Assembly (NCBI GenBank): GCA_963665845.2
Contig: OY762492.1
Location: forward strand, 2,112,001 to 2,176,000
Direction: 5' to 3'
Source: Candidatus Poribacteria bacterium
GTDB lineage: Bacteria; Poribacteria; WGA-4E; GCA-2687025
DNA length: 64,000 nucleotides
Part shown: piece by piece, positions 1 through 9,331 of the stretch
Layout: each line of letters begins with the position of its first letter
Position numbering within the stretch: position 1 is the stretch's first letter
Notes under the pieces: generated by a model
The model's input: the letters and a program-made list of their open reading frames with translations, nothing else
What the model was told of the DNA's origin: nothing
The model's database searches: none
Position numbers and translations under genes: made by a program

Positions 1-2
1 GG

Positions 3-473
3 GTAGATCTGCGCGTCGTACACTGTCGTTTCAAACTCGCCCTGATTCGGCGTGATGAGCGTCGCATCGATTTCGCCTGTCGGCCCGTCCGCTTCAGGGT
101 CCAGCTCCGTCAGCGTTGAGGGAATGACGCCGATGAGCGAGCGGAAGGAGTTCACACGCGCCGCGTTCCACCGCAGGGAGCGCAGCCGCCCTGAAAACAC
201 CGTTTCGTTCCGCTGTCCGTCTTTGAGCGAATAAACCTGAATGCGCGTGTCCAGCTCCGACTCATGCAGAACGCCGCCCCCGCTGAAATTGTCCGACGTC
301 CAGAGCAGATGCGCGCCGGACGAGGTCAGCAGGTTCAGCCGCAGATAGACGCCTTCCGCTCTAAATTCGGCATGCCCCGATATGCCGCCCAGATCGGAGA
401 TGCGCTTGCCCTCGCAGCCCGACAGCAGCATCGAAGCCGCGGCAGCAAGCGCCAAAAACGCTGTCCGCCTCAT
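3..473 (-). CDS. Lipoprotein of unknown function, truncated by the window edge
   Basis: My translation (not in the ORF track): MRRTAFLALAAAASMLLSGCEGKRISDLGG..., with an LSGC lipobox. The frame is open to the window edge. The ATG overlaps the GH32 stop (ATGA). Confidence 0.75.
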   Translation of the reverse strand, partial: MRRTAFLALAAAASMLLSGCEGKRISDLGGISGHAEFRAEGVYLRLNLLTSSGAHLLWTSDNFSGGGVLHESELDTRIQVYSLKDGQRNETVFSGRLRSLRWNAARVNSFRSLIGVIPSTLTELDPEADGPTGEIDATLITPNQGEFETTVYDAQIY

Positions 474-2011
474 GCGTAAATGTTCTCCATCTGCCATGCG
501 TCCAGCGATGTCATGACCGAATCGCTGCCCTGCGAGCGCAGAGAGACGCCAACGCTGTCCTCCCGCCCTGGATAGACGCGCTGCGCGACGCACTGCCGCT
601 CGTTGATGAACACCTCAATGACGCTGCGGTCCACGAAGGCGCGCAAGCGTATCGGTTCGTCCCCGGCAATGCGCACCGGTCCCGTCTCCGGCGCCCTTGA
701 GCGCGCGTCCGGCAAGATCGACGAACGGGAGGAGTCGATGGTCAGCACATCGCCGCCGCGGTAGTCGCGCCCTTTGAAGAACATGACGCGGGTTACCTCT
801 TCGGCGTTCGGCGAGCGGAGCATGTTCAGCTCGATCATCTGCGCCCCTGTCGGCGCGATTTCCACCTCCACCTCCATCGCGTTGCCGTTCACATTTTCAA
901 AGACGACCTCCTCGTTTGCCGGCAGCGTTGTCTGTCCGACATGCGTATGCTCGCGCCGCAGCGACTTCAACGCCTCAATCGGCGCGATGACCAGCTGGTT
1001 CCGTTCAGGGAGCGTCAATCGGCGCGGGAGCGTCATGATCTGATTCCAGCGATGCGTCGACTTCGCGGGGTTCATGTTGAAGAGGACGACGACGCCGCCT
1101 TCGCCGTCCGGACATGCGGAGGGCGCATGGACGCCGCCGGGGCCGACAGGACCGAAGTTGAACTTGCCATGCGCCGTGGCGACCAGTTTGTCGCGCCCTT
1201 TGTCGTAGTCCCCGATCAGGTACTGTCCGCCGCTCATATGGCTAAAGAACAGCAGGATGTGCTGATCGCCGATGGGCCAAAAGTAAGGGCATGCGCCGTC
1301 GTCGCCGTTCAACGTGAACCGGTCGTTCTCCACAAACGGATGGAGATACTGCCAGTTGGCGAGGTCTTTTGAACGGAGAAGGAAGTTGGCGCGGACGGGG
1401 CGCCCGTCCGGCCCGTGAGGGAGCGTCCCGCCGGAGAGCGAGTAGTACACGTCGTCCTTTTTCCAGATGCATGGGTCAAAGACGCGGTAGGGAAGCGGAA
1501 AGCCGCTTGGATGCGAGCCTGGGATGACCGCCTTGCCGGCGACTTTTTCCCAGTTGAGCAGCAGCGGGTCGCTGGAAACGGCGACCATGTTGCCGACGCG
1601 CGTGCCGTGGTACATGGCGATGACGCGATCCTCTTCGACCAGCGTGGAGCCTGAAAAGCAGCAGTGTTCGGGGTTCGGATAGATGGCGGGCGGCAGATCG
1701 CGCCAGTGGACAAGGTCGTCGCTGATGGCATGCCCCCAGTGCTGGCGCGTGTCTTCAGGCGGATACGCCTGATAAAACAGGTGCCACCTGTCTTGCCAGA
1801 AGCAGAGGCCGTTCGGGTCGTTCAGCATCGCTTCGGGGTTGACGTAATGGTAGATCGGGCGGTGCGGGTCGCCTTCATACGATTTGCGCGATTCGTTCAT
1901 GCGTTTCAGGAGCGGATTTTCGGCGAGCTGCGCCTCCTGCTCCTCTAAGGTGTCCGCAAATTCGTATTGCGGGACGCGGGATGTGTAGTCGGGAGGGGAC
2001 TGGTCAGCCAT
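470..2011 (-). CDS. GH32-family beta-propeller plus beta-sandwich protein with atypical catalytic motifs
   Basis: Motifs LNDPNG, WHLFYQ, HWGHAISDDLVHW, CFSGS and C-terminal FVDRSVIEVF. Start moved to ATG 2011, which follows an AAGGAG RBS. Confidence 0.9.
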   Translation of the reverse strand: MADQSPPDYTSRVPQYEFADTLEEQEAQLAENPLLKRMNESRKSYEGDPHRPIYHYVNPEAMLNDPNGLCFWQDRWHLFYQAYPPEDTRQHWGHAISDDLVHWRDLPPAIYPNPEHCCFSGSTLVEEDRVIAMYHGTRVGNMVAVSSDPLLLNWEKVAGKAVIPGSHPSGFPLPYRVFDPCIWKKDDVYYSLSGGTLPHGPDGRPVRANFLLRSKDLANWQYLHPFVENDRFTLNGDDGACPYFWPIGDQHILLFFSHMSGGQYLIGDYDKGRDKLVATAHGKFNFGPVGPGGVHAPSACPDGEGGVVVLFNMNPAKSTHRWNQIMTLPRRLTLPERNQLVIAPIEALKSLRREHTHVGQTTLPANEEVVFENVNGNAMEVEVEIAPTGAQMIELNMLRSPNAEEVTRVMFFKGRDYRGGDVLTIDSSRSSILPDARSRAPETGPVRIAGDEPIRLRAFVDRSVIEVFINERQCVAQRVYPGREDSVGVSLRSQGSDSVMTSLDAWQMENIYA

Positions 2012-2055
2012 GTTTCTCTCCTTGTGTTGAACATACATCGGCTTCAGCCAGACGC

Positions 2056-2084
2056 ATCATGCCAAAAAAGACGGGGCGCGTCAA
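2056..2084 (-). promoter_or_regulatory. Putative sigma70 promoter of the GH32 gene
   Basis: TTGACG-17 bp-CATGAT on the minus strand. Confidence 0.5.
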
Positions 2085-2099
2085 GAGTTCGGAGGGAGC

Positions 2100-2249
2100 G
2101 ACTCGTTCCCCCTTGAAAAGGAAGGCTAGGGGGTTTAAAGGACGGACACGGCGGCTGCGATGCCTTAAGATTCCCGCTTGCGCGGGAATGACTGCCTGGA
2201 TCGGCGGGCCGTCGGACAAAATAAATATGACCGCATGAGCGTACTGCCT
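2100..2249. repeat. Composite REP/MITE-like element
   Basis: CCCCCTTGAAAAGG module, GATTCCCGCTTGCGCGGGAATGAC palindrome and an ATGAGCGTACTGCC end. Same module order as 33521-33716. Confidence 0.8.
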
Positions 2250-2263
2250 TTCGATCCGCGGTC

Positions 2264-2292
2264 TAGACGATCCGCCCGCCGTTTCTTATAAT
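2264..2292 (+). promoter_or_regulatory. Putative sigma70 promoter of the WD40 gene
   Basis: TAGACG-17 bp-TATAAT. Confidence 0.55.
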
Positions 2293-2318
2293 AGAAGCGT
2301 AAGAGAAAGGAACAGCGC

Positions 2319-4259
2319 ATGAACAACCCTGGCGGCGCAACACGACTCCTTCATTGGCTCTGCGCGTGCGTCTTCGTCTGCGTCTCTGCCGAGGCGTTTC
2401 CCGACAGGCGCGCCGCTTATCAGGACTCTCTAACGAGCTCTACTCTTCCTCGGATTTTGGACACTCCTGACTTCATCTCAGGCGCGTCTCCGCTTGGTCT
2501 TCCCGACGGCGCCAAGCTGCGCATCGGCAAAGGGTGGGCGTACTCCATCGACTATTCGCCGGACAGCAGCCGTCTTGCGGTCGCCGGAAGCGTCGGCATC
2601 TGGATATACGACGCGCGCTACGGCAAAGAGACCGCGCTGCTTCGGGGGCATACAGAGCGGGTCCATGACGCGGCGTATTCGCCGGACGGCTCCAGGATCG
2701 CCAGCGGAAGCGGCGACAAGACGATACGAATATGGAGCGCCGAAACGGGCGGCGCGATCAGGACGCTTGAAGGACATCAGGATTCGGTCCATACGCTCGC
2801 CTATTCGCCGGACGGAAAGAAGATCGCCAGCGGAAGCGGCGACAAGACGATACGAATATGGAGCGCCGAAACGGGCGGCGCGATCAAGACGCTTGAAGGG
2901 CATCAGGATTCGGTCCATACGCTCGCCTATTCGCCGGACGGAAAGAAGATCGCCAGCGGAAGCGGCGACGGAACCGTCAAAATATGGGACGCCGAGACAG
3001 GGGAGCTTCTCGATACGTTTGAGGGGCATTGGAGGGCGGTTAAATCGCTCGCCTATTCGCCGGACGGAAAGAAGATCGCCAGCTGCGACAAGTATAACGC
3101 GCGTATCTGGGACGCCGACGCTGTCGGCGGCGGAGGCGCGCTTCTCAAAAACCAATGGGCGACTCAATTCAATTCGATGGCGTTCTCGCCGGACGGTCAA
3201 ATCCTTGCCGGCGGCGGAGACCGTCTGCAGTTCTGGAACGGCGTCTATGGATCGATTCGCCGGCCCCTCTTTTCTTTCTTCAATGGACGCTTCGGGATGA
3301 TCGCGTTTTCTCCGGACGGGCATTTCATTGCAGGCATGGGAAACTACGAGATCATTGAGGTCTGGAACATCAAGATTCGCGCGCACGTTTATGGATTAAA
3401 AGGACATACGGGCGGCTTCAAACGCGCCGCGTTTTCACCGGACGGAACGAAAATCGGCGTCGATACCTACGGATTCCCGTATACATGGGATGTCAACACT
3501 GGAGAGCGTCTCTACGGGCTAGGCTCTATGGGAAGAAGGGGGCTGGCATATTCCCCGGACAGAAAAACAATTGCCAAGGAGGGGCGTAACCATTCCATTC
3601 TGCTGATTGAGGCGGAAACGGATTCGACTCTTCATACGCTCAAGGGGCATACGAAGAAGATCGCGTCCGTATCGTTTTCTCCAAACTCCGAGAAGATCGC
3701 ATCCGCCGGCGGCGACCATATGATACGGATATGGGACGCCGCGGCAGGCGCGCCTCTCAAAACGCTGATCGGACATACGGACGCGGTCGTATCGGCGGTC
3801 TTTTCGCCGGACGGAAAAACGATCCTCAGCGCCGGCAGAGACCAGACGATACGCCTATGGAGCGCCGACGCCGGCGGCTTGCTCAAAACGTTCAAGCATA
3901 CGAGCGGCGTTCATTCGGCGGTCTATTCGCCGGACGGCGATCCCGCCGCAAGGACGTTTGCCGCCGCATTTGAAGACGGGGCGGTTCGAATATACGACGC
4001 CGAGACAGGCAAGCTGCTGAAGGCGCTGACACATAAGGAGGCGGTCATGTCGGCGGCGTATTCCCCTGACGGAACGAGAATAGCCAGCGCAAGCAAAGAC
4101 AACGCCGTTCGGATATGGGACAAGAACGGCGCGCTTCTCCATACGCTTGAGGGGCATACGGACGATGTGAACTGGGTAGGCTATTCGCCGGACGGCAAGA
4201 CGCTCGCCAGCGTCAGCGCCGACGGAACGCTGCTCTTATGGGTCGTCCCCGACCGGTAG
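2319..4259 (+). CDS. Secreted WD40-repeat protein, probably a double beta-propeller
   Basis: About 13-14 GH...YSPDG...IASGSGD.TIRIW repeats. Hydrophobic N-terminus ending AEA, resembling a signal peptide. Confidence 0.93.
   Translation: MNNPGGATRLLHWLCACVFVCVSAEAFPDRRAAYQDSLTSSTLPRILDTPDFISGASPLGLPDGAKLRIGKGWAYSIDYSPDSSRLAVAGSVGIWIYDARYGKETALLRGHTERVHDAAYSPDGSRIASGSGDKTIRIWSAETGGAIRTLEGHQDSVHTLAYSPDGKKIASGSGDKTIRIWSAETGGAIKTLEGHQDSVHTLAYSPDGKKIASGSGDGTVKIWDAETGELLDTFEGHWRAVKSLAYSPDGKKIASCDKYNARIWDADAVGGGGALLKNQWATQFNSMAFSPDGQILAGGGDRLQFWNGVYGSIRRPLFSFFNGRFGMIAFSPDGHFIAGMGNYEIIEVWNIKIRAHVYGLKGHTGGFKRAAFSPDGTKIGVDTYGFPYTWDVNTGERLYGLGSMGRRGLAYSPDRKTIAKEGRNHSILLIEAETDSTLHTLKGHTKKIASVSFSPNSEKIASAGGDHMIRIWDAAAGAPLKTLIGHTDAVVSAVFSPDGKTILSAGRDQTIRLWSADAGGLLKTFKHTSGVHSAVYSPDGDPAARTFAAAFEDGAVRIYDAETGKLLKALTHKEAVMSAAYSPDGTRIASASKDNAVRIWDKNGALLHTLEGHTDDVNWVGYSPDGKTLASVSADGTLLLWVVPDR
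2696..2968 (+). repeat. Near-identical 126-bp tandem duplication inside the WD40 gene
   Basis: GATCGCCAGC recurs at 2696, 2822, 2948 and 3074 (126-bp period). The first two units differ at two positions by eye. Confidence 0.9.
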
Positions 4260-4286
4260 CGGTCAAGACACCGCCCCTTCTCTTCT

Positions 4287-4520
4287 CGTCATTCCCGTGC
4301 AAGCGGGAATCCAGAGCCGCCGCAGCCGCCGTTCGCGTTCGCATGCCGGCATGTCTAAAAAAGACGTAAGGTCAGATACCTGCACTGACCTCATGCATAA
4401 AGTAGGGACATTTGAACCGACCATCGCTTTATTCATGGGAAAAAGGCGCCGCCAACCAAACCGTCATTCCCGCGCAAGCGGGAATCCAGAGTCTACCCCG
4501 AAACCGTCCGCGTTCACAAC
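4287..4520. repeat. REP cluster
   Basis: Two CGTCATTCCCG(T/C)GCAAGCGGGAATCCAG palindromes plus a GACCTCATGC.AAAGT.GGGACATTTGAAC module shared with 44715 and 51860-51930. Confidence 0.85.
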
Positions 4521-4560
4521 CAGAATTGTCCCGACTCTAAGGATGAGGTCAGCTGCAGCC

Positions 4561-4589
4561 TTGACCGACAGCCCCCCGCCCGTTAAACT
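4561..4589 (+). promoter_or_regulatory. Putative sigma70 promoter of the nadE operon
   Basis: TTGACC-17 bp-TAAACT. Confidence 0.55.
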
Positions 4590-4637
4590 AACTGCAGCCC
4601 GTCAAGCGTTCACTTCAACACGGACGGATACACGCAT

Positions 4638-5489
4638 ATGGATTTCAAAGTCGGCATCGCTCAAATCGCGCCGGCGCTGGGCGACGTCCATGAAAATATG
4701 AAGCGGATTGAGCGTTGCATCGAACGCGCCCTGGACGAGAAAACGGACCTTGTCGTCTTTCCAGAGCTGGCGCTCACGGGATACACCCTGAAAGACATGG
4801 TGCCTTCCGTCAGCCTGCGTCTCGATTCGCCCGAACTGAAGCGGCTTATGGACGCAAGCGCGCGGCTCTCCATCGCGGTCGGTTTTGTGGAAGAATCGCC
4901 TGACTACCGATTTTTCAACTCGGCGGCTTATCTTGAAAAGGGGCGGATTGTACATGTCCATCGAAAAGTGTATCTGCCCAACTACGGCATGTTTGAAGAA
5001 AACAGGGATTTCGCCGCCGGGAGTCGATTCCGCGCCTTCAACGCCGCCTTTGGACGATGCGGCATTCTCATCTGTGAAGACATGTGGCACCCCTCCGCCG
5101 CTTACGTCATCGCGCAGGACGGCTGCGAGCTGCTCATCGCGCTCTCATGCAGCCCCGCCCGCGGCGCCCAGTCGGACGGCGACCTTTACAGCGCAGACGC
5201 TTGGCAGACGCTGAACCGCGTCTACGCCCATCTCTTCTCGCAGTATGTTGTGTATGCGAACCGCGTCGGGTATGAGGACGGGGTCGGGTATTGGGGCGGG
5301 TCGGAGGCGATCGGGCCGGACGGTTCCGTCATCGCGCGCGCGAAGCAGTTTGAAGAGCAGTTTTTGACCGCCGAGCTGTCGTCCGACGCCGTCCGCCGCG
5401 CCAGAATCTCCTCCCCGCTTCTGCGCGACGAACGGCTCGACATCACCCTGCGCGAACTAAAACGCATCAACAGGGAGAGAGAACAATGA
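4638..5489 (+). CDS. Carbon-nitrogen hydrolase (nitrilase family), probable glutaminase subunit of NAD synthetase
   Basis: E-K-C triad motifs VFPEL, HRKVYLPNYGMFEE and ICEDMW. ATGA-coupled to nadE. Confidence 0.88.
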   Translation: MDFKVGIAQIAPALGDVHENMKRIERCIERALDEKTDLVVFPELALTGYTLKDMVPSVSLRLDSPELKRLMDASARLSIAVGFVEESPDYRFFNSAAYLEKGRIVHVHRKVYLPNYGMFEENRDFAAGSRFRAFNAAFGRCGILICEDMWHPSAAYVIAQDGCELLIALSCSPARGAQSDGDLYSADAWQTLNRVYAHLFSQYVVYANRVGYEDGVGYWGGSEAIGPDGSVIARAKQFEEQFLTAELSSDAVRRARISSPLLRDERLDITLRELKRINREREQ

Positions 5490-6343
5490 ACGCGCATACG
5501 GAACCGACGCCGCGAGAGCAAGACGACCCGCTCTGGGTCAACCCTGAACTTGTGCTGCCGCTCTTGGAAGGTTTTATTCGGGACGAGATCACGAAGGTCG
5601 GCATTCCGAACGTCGTTGTGAACCTGTCCGGCGGGATCGACTCGGCGGTCTCATGCGTTTTGGCGGCGCGGGCGATGTCGCCTCAAAACGTGACGGCGCT
5701 GATGCTGCCTTACAAGACAAGCCATCCAGACAGCCTCGGCGACGCGCAGACGCTCGCTCGGCAGCTCGGCATTCAGACGATGACCATCTCGGTGACGGAG
5801 CAGGTGGACCCGTATTTTGAAAAGTTTCCGGACATGACCCCCCTGCGCAAAGCGAACAAGATGGCGCGCGAACGCATGACGATTCTCTACGACCAAGCGA
5901 GCGCGCTGAACGCGCTGCCCCTCGGCACGAGCAACAAGACGGAATTGCTCCTCGGATACGGAACGATCTACGGCGACATGGCGTCCGCGCTGAACCCGAT
6001 CGGCGACCTGTATAAAACGCAGGTTTGGCAGATGGCGCGCCATATCGATGTTCCAGAGGAAATCGTTTCTAAAAAGCCGACCGCCGACCTGTGGCCTGGG
6101 CAGACCGACGAATCGGAGCTTGGCTTCACCTATGAAAAGGCGGACAGGCTTCTGTTTCATATGATCGACAGGAGGCGGTCGCCTGAGGCGCTGGAGCGGA
6201 TGGGCTTTGAGCCGGCGTTTATTCAAGAAATCGAGCGGCGGGTTAAACAGACGCAGTTCAAGCGGCGGCTGCCTCTCATCGCAAAGGTGTCGATGCGCAC
6301 CATCGAGTCGGATTTTCGCTATCCGCGCGATTGGGGCAGATGA
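5486..6343 (+). CDS. nadE: NAD+ synthetase
   Basis: LSGGIDS PP-loop, ARERM, GTSNKTE, GYGTIYGD, KKPTADLWPGQTDE. Confidence 0.95.
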   Translation: MNAHTEPTPREQDDPLWVNPELVLPLLEGFIRDEITKVGIPNVVVNLSGGIDSAVSCVLAARAMSPQNVTALMLPYKTSHPDSLGDAQTLARQLGIQTMTISVTEQVDPYFEKFPDMTPLRKANKMARERMTILYDQASALNALPLGTSNKTELLLGYGTIYGDMASALNPIGDLYKTQVWQMARHIDVPEEIVSKKPTADLWPGQTDESELGFTYEKADRLLFHMIDRRRSPEALERMGFEPAFIQEIERRVKQTQFKRRLPLIAKVSMRTIESDFRYPRDWGR

Positions 6344-7054
6344 TTGGCGCAGGGGGCGACCGCGGGAAAGCTGTATGTAGTGGCGGGACCGATCGGGAAT
6401 CTGGAGGACATCACATACCGCGCCGTTCGGACGCTTGCCGAGGCGGACATCATCGCCGCGGAGGACACCCGCCGCGCCTTGAAACTGCTCAACCGATACG
6501 GGATCAAAACGCGGCTTGTCAGCTGCCATGAACACAACGAACGGAAGCGGGCGGCTGAACTGACGCAGATGATGTTAGACGGCGCGACGGCGGCGCTCAT
6601 TTCTGACGCCGGGACGCCCGCCGTCTCCGACCCTGGATACCGTCTCATTCGCGCCGCCGTGGAACGCGGCATACAGGTAACGCCGATACCGGGTCCGTGC
6701 GCGGCGGTCGCGGCGGCGTCCGCGTCCGGTTTGCCGGTCTCCAGTTTTTACTTTGCCGGCTTCTGTTCGCCGAAGCGGGGGAAACGGCAGCGGCGGATGC
6801 GCGAACTTGCAAACCTGAACGCCGTTCTCATTTTTTATGAATCGCCCCATCGCCTGATAAAGTTTCTGGACGACGCGCTTGAGGTATTTGGAAATCGAAA
6901 CGCGGTTATCGCGCGGGAAATGACAAAAATGCATGAGGAGTTTCTTCGAGGAACGCTGGAGGAGCTGCGCGCCGCCTTTTTAAACCGAGCGCCGAAAGGC
7001 GAATTCACCATCCTGATTGAGGGAGATCATGAACGCAACGCAACGCCCGACTAA
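6344..7054 (+). CDS. rsmI: 16S rRNA C1402 2'-O-methyltransferase
   Basis: LYVVAGPIGNLEDIT, AAEDTR, SDAGTPAVSDPG, FYESPHR, REMTKMHEE. Confidence 0.95.
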   Translation: MAQGATAGKLYVVAGPIGNLEDITYRAVRTLAEADIIAAEDTRRALKLLNRYGIKTRLVSCHEHNERKRAAELTQMMLDGATAALISDAGTPAVSDPGYRLIRAAVERGIQVTPIPGPCAAVAAASASGLPVSSFYFAGFCSPKRGKRQRRMRELANLNAVLIFYESPHRLIKFLDDALEVFGNRNAVIAREMTKMHEEFLRGTLEELRAAFLNRAPKGEFTILIEGDHERNATPD

Positions 7055-8585
7055 AAAAAAGCGGCGGCTCTGGAAACTGCTTGCCGCCGCGCTGATCCTG
7101 CTGTGCGCATGGGTCGGTTATGGACTTTTCCGCATGCCCGACGTCCCCGATCTGCGGGACATTCTGCCGGGCGATCCATACCTTGTAGTAGAGATAAGGG
7201 ACGCGAAAACCTCCATGGAGGAGATCGAACGCGCCGCCGAACCTCTGCAGAGCGTTTGGCTGCCGCTCATTGAAAAACGCGCATCGCTGGCCCCCTACCG
7301 CGGCGAGAATGACGAGTACGGCGAGACGCGCTGGATTCTCGTCTCCAAGTCAAGCCCGATCGCTGTGGAGATTGAGGTCAAGGAAATCGCGGCGATGCTG
7401 GGGGAGGAATCGGCGCTGGCGCTCTACCGCGGCGAGAACGGGGAGATGCGCTGGCTTCTGATCGCCAAGCCGAGCCTGCTCGCCCGCGCGCAGATTGCAT
7501 GGCACTTCATAAACCCGTGGTGGAAAAAAGAATGGGGCGCCGAAAAAGAGACGATCGGCTCCATCGACGCGATGCGCATCAACGGTCTGCCGATGCCGTT
7601 GACGGCGGCGTTTGACGGGCGCCTCGGCTTTGCCGCTTCCGACGCCGAGCTGTTAGAAGACGCCTATGAGCGGCGTTTGGAGGACGCCTTTTTGGTCCGC
7701 GACGGCGCGCCGCAGGAGAGATTGCGCGCCGCGCGGTCGCGTGAACAGTCGGACGACCGATCCGCCTCGTTCTACTGGGCGTATGCGGAAGGCGCGTATG
7801 CGTTCGGCGAAGCGGACATAAGCGGCGGCAAATGGATAGGCAGGGCGTGGGTCTCCAGCCCTGGAAGCCGAACAGAAGGAGCGGAACTCTCCGACACCTC
7901 CGATTTCAGGCGGCGCGCCAATCGGCTGATAAATGAGAACGCGGCGCTCGCCTTCTGGCATACGGGCGTCTACGACCGAGCCGTCATGGAGGCGGCGCGC
8001 GGCGCTGGGTTCACATGGGAAGGCGGACCGGACGCGCTCATTGAACGCCCCATCGGCCTCTATATCCCAAAAGCGGGCGGCGGCGGAATTTTGCCGTCGC
8101 TGGCATTTTTCGTTCATGTCGAGAACGCGGCGGAGGCGCTGGCGCAGTTTGAGGATGCGAACTTCACCTACAACGGCTCCCGCTTGACGCTGCGCAAAGG
8201 CGATCCGTTTCATCAAATACGGGTTCCGCTCAACGCTCTCTTTTCGGTCTCGCTGGAGTGCGCCGCCGCGGGGGACGCGCTCATTGTCGGTACGAACCGC
8301 GCCGCCGCGGAGGAGGCTCTTCAGGCGTTCCAGTCGACCGGTGGGGTAGGCGATTTAGCCGCCGACCTGTTCCGCGTTCATGCGCAGCCGACCGACATTG
8401 CCGCCTCGCTCGGCGCCGCCTCAGCCGCTATCAACATGTTTTCCGCCGTCAGCGGCGGATCGCTAGGGCGGACCCTCGGAACGGCGACGACCCTCATGAA
8501 AGAGATCGAGAACGTTCAGATCGACGGCGTCTCAACGCCGGACGGCTTTTCAGCCGACTTTCAATTGGAATGGAGCGCAGAATGA
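7029..8585 (+). CDS. Membrane-anchored hypothetical protein
   Basis: Long ORF with a basic N-terminus and one TM helix. Overlaps both neighbours. Start set at ATG 7029. Confidence 0.75.
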   Translation: MNATQRPTKKKRRLWKLLAAALILLCAWVGYGLFRMPDVPDLRDILPGDPYLVVEIRDAKTSMEEIERAAEPLQSVWLPLIEKRASLAPYRGENDEYGETRWILVSKSSPIAVEIEVKEIAAMLGEESALALYRGENGEMRWLLIAKPSLLARAQIAWHFINPWWKKEWGAEKETIGSIDAMRINGLPMPLTAAFDGRLGFAASDAELLEDAYERRLEDAFLVRDGAPQERLRAARSREQSDDRSASFYWAYAEGAYAFGEADISGGKWIGRAWVSSPGSRTEGAELSDTSDFRRRANRLINENAALAFWHTGVYDRAVMEAARGAGFTWEGGPDALIERPIGLYIPKAGGGGILPSLAFFVHVENAAEALAQFEDANFTYNGSRLTLRKGDPFHQIRVPLNALFSVSLECAAAGDALIVGTNRAAAEEALQAFQSTGGVGDLAADLFRVHAQPTDIAASLGAASAAINMFSAVSGGSLGRTLGTATTLMKEIENVQIDGVSTPDGFSADFQLEWSAE

Positions 8586-9331
8586 TCGAAGCGCGGAGCC
8601 TCGGCAAAACGTTCGGCGACAAGGAAGCGGTGCGCAACCTGAACCTAACCGTCGGCGAAGGCGAAATGTTTGTCCTGCTCGGTCCGAACGGCGCCGGCAA
8701 AACGACCACGCTCAAACTGCTCACAACGCTTCTCAAGCCGACGTACGGGCATGCGTCGGTGGCGGGGTTTGACGTCTCCGAATCGCCCGACGAAGTGAAA
8801 CGGCGCATCGGGTATGTCCCCGACACGCCCGCCCTTTATGAGCGTCTCACCGGGCGCGAGTTTCTACATTTCATCGCCGATATACGCGGAACGAAGGAGC
8901 GCGCCTCCATCGACCGCTCCTTGACGCTGTTTGAGATGGACGAAAATGCGGACAAGCTGATCGAAACTTATTCGCATGGTATGAAGAAGAAGATCGCGCT
9001 CGGCGCCGCCCTGCTTCATCAGCCGCAGGTTCTGTTTTTGGACGAGCCGACCGGCGGGCTGGACCCGTACAGCGCGCGGATCATGAAAGACCTGCTGGTT
9101 CGGCTGTGCGAACAGGGCGTCGCCGTCTTCATGACGACGCATATCATGGAGATAGCGGAGCAGCTGTGCGAGCGGGTCGGCATACTCTATGAGGCGGATC
9201 TGATGGCTTGCGGGACGCTGGAGGAGCTGCGCGCCGAGCATGGCGATCTGTCGCTGGAGGACATCTTTATGAAGGTCACGGGCGCGGACGCAAGCTTGAT
9301 GGAGGTGGACCTGTGGGAGGAGGCGGAGTGA
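8582..9331 (+). CDS. ABC transporter ATP-binding protein (ABC-2 type)
   Basis: Walker A GPNGAGKT, signature YSHGMKKK, Walker B LFLDEPT. Start at ATG 8582 (ATGA overlap). Confidence 0.93.
   Translation: MIEARSLGKTFGDKEAVRNLNLTVGEGEMFVLLGPNGAGKTTTLKLLTTLLKPTYGHASVAGFDVSESPDEVKRRIGYVPDTPALYERLTGREFLHFIADIRGTKERASIDRSLTLFEMDENADKLIETYSHGMKKKIALGAALLHQPQVLFLDEPTGGLDPYSARIMKDLLVRLCEQGVAVFMTTHIMEIAEQLCERVGILYEADLMACGTLEELRAEHGDLSLEDIFMKVTGADASLMEVDLWEEAE

Noticed and set aside
4297-4701. Small ORFs containing SFPRKRES, HSRASGN, IPAYAGMT or ILVQT, here and in other gaps
   Set aside because: These are translations of the repeat modules, not proteins.
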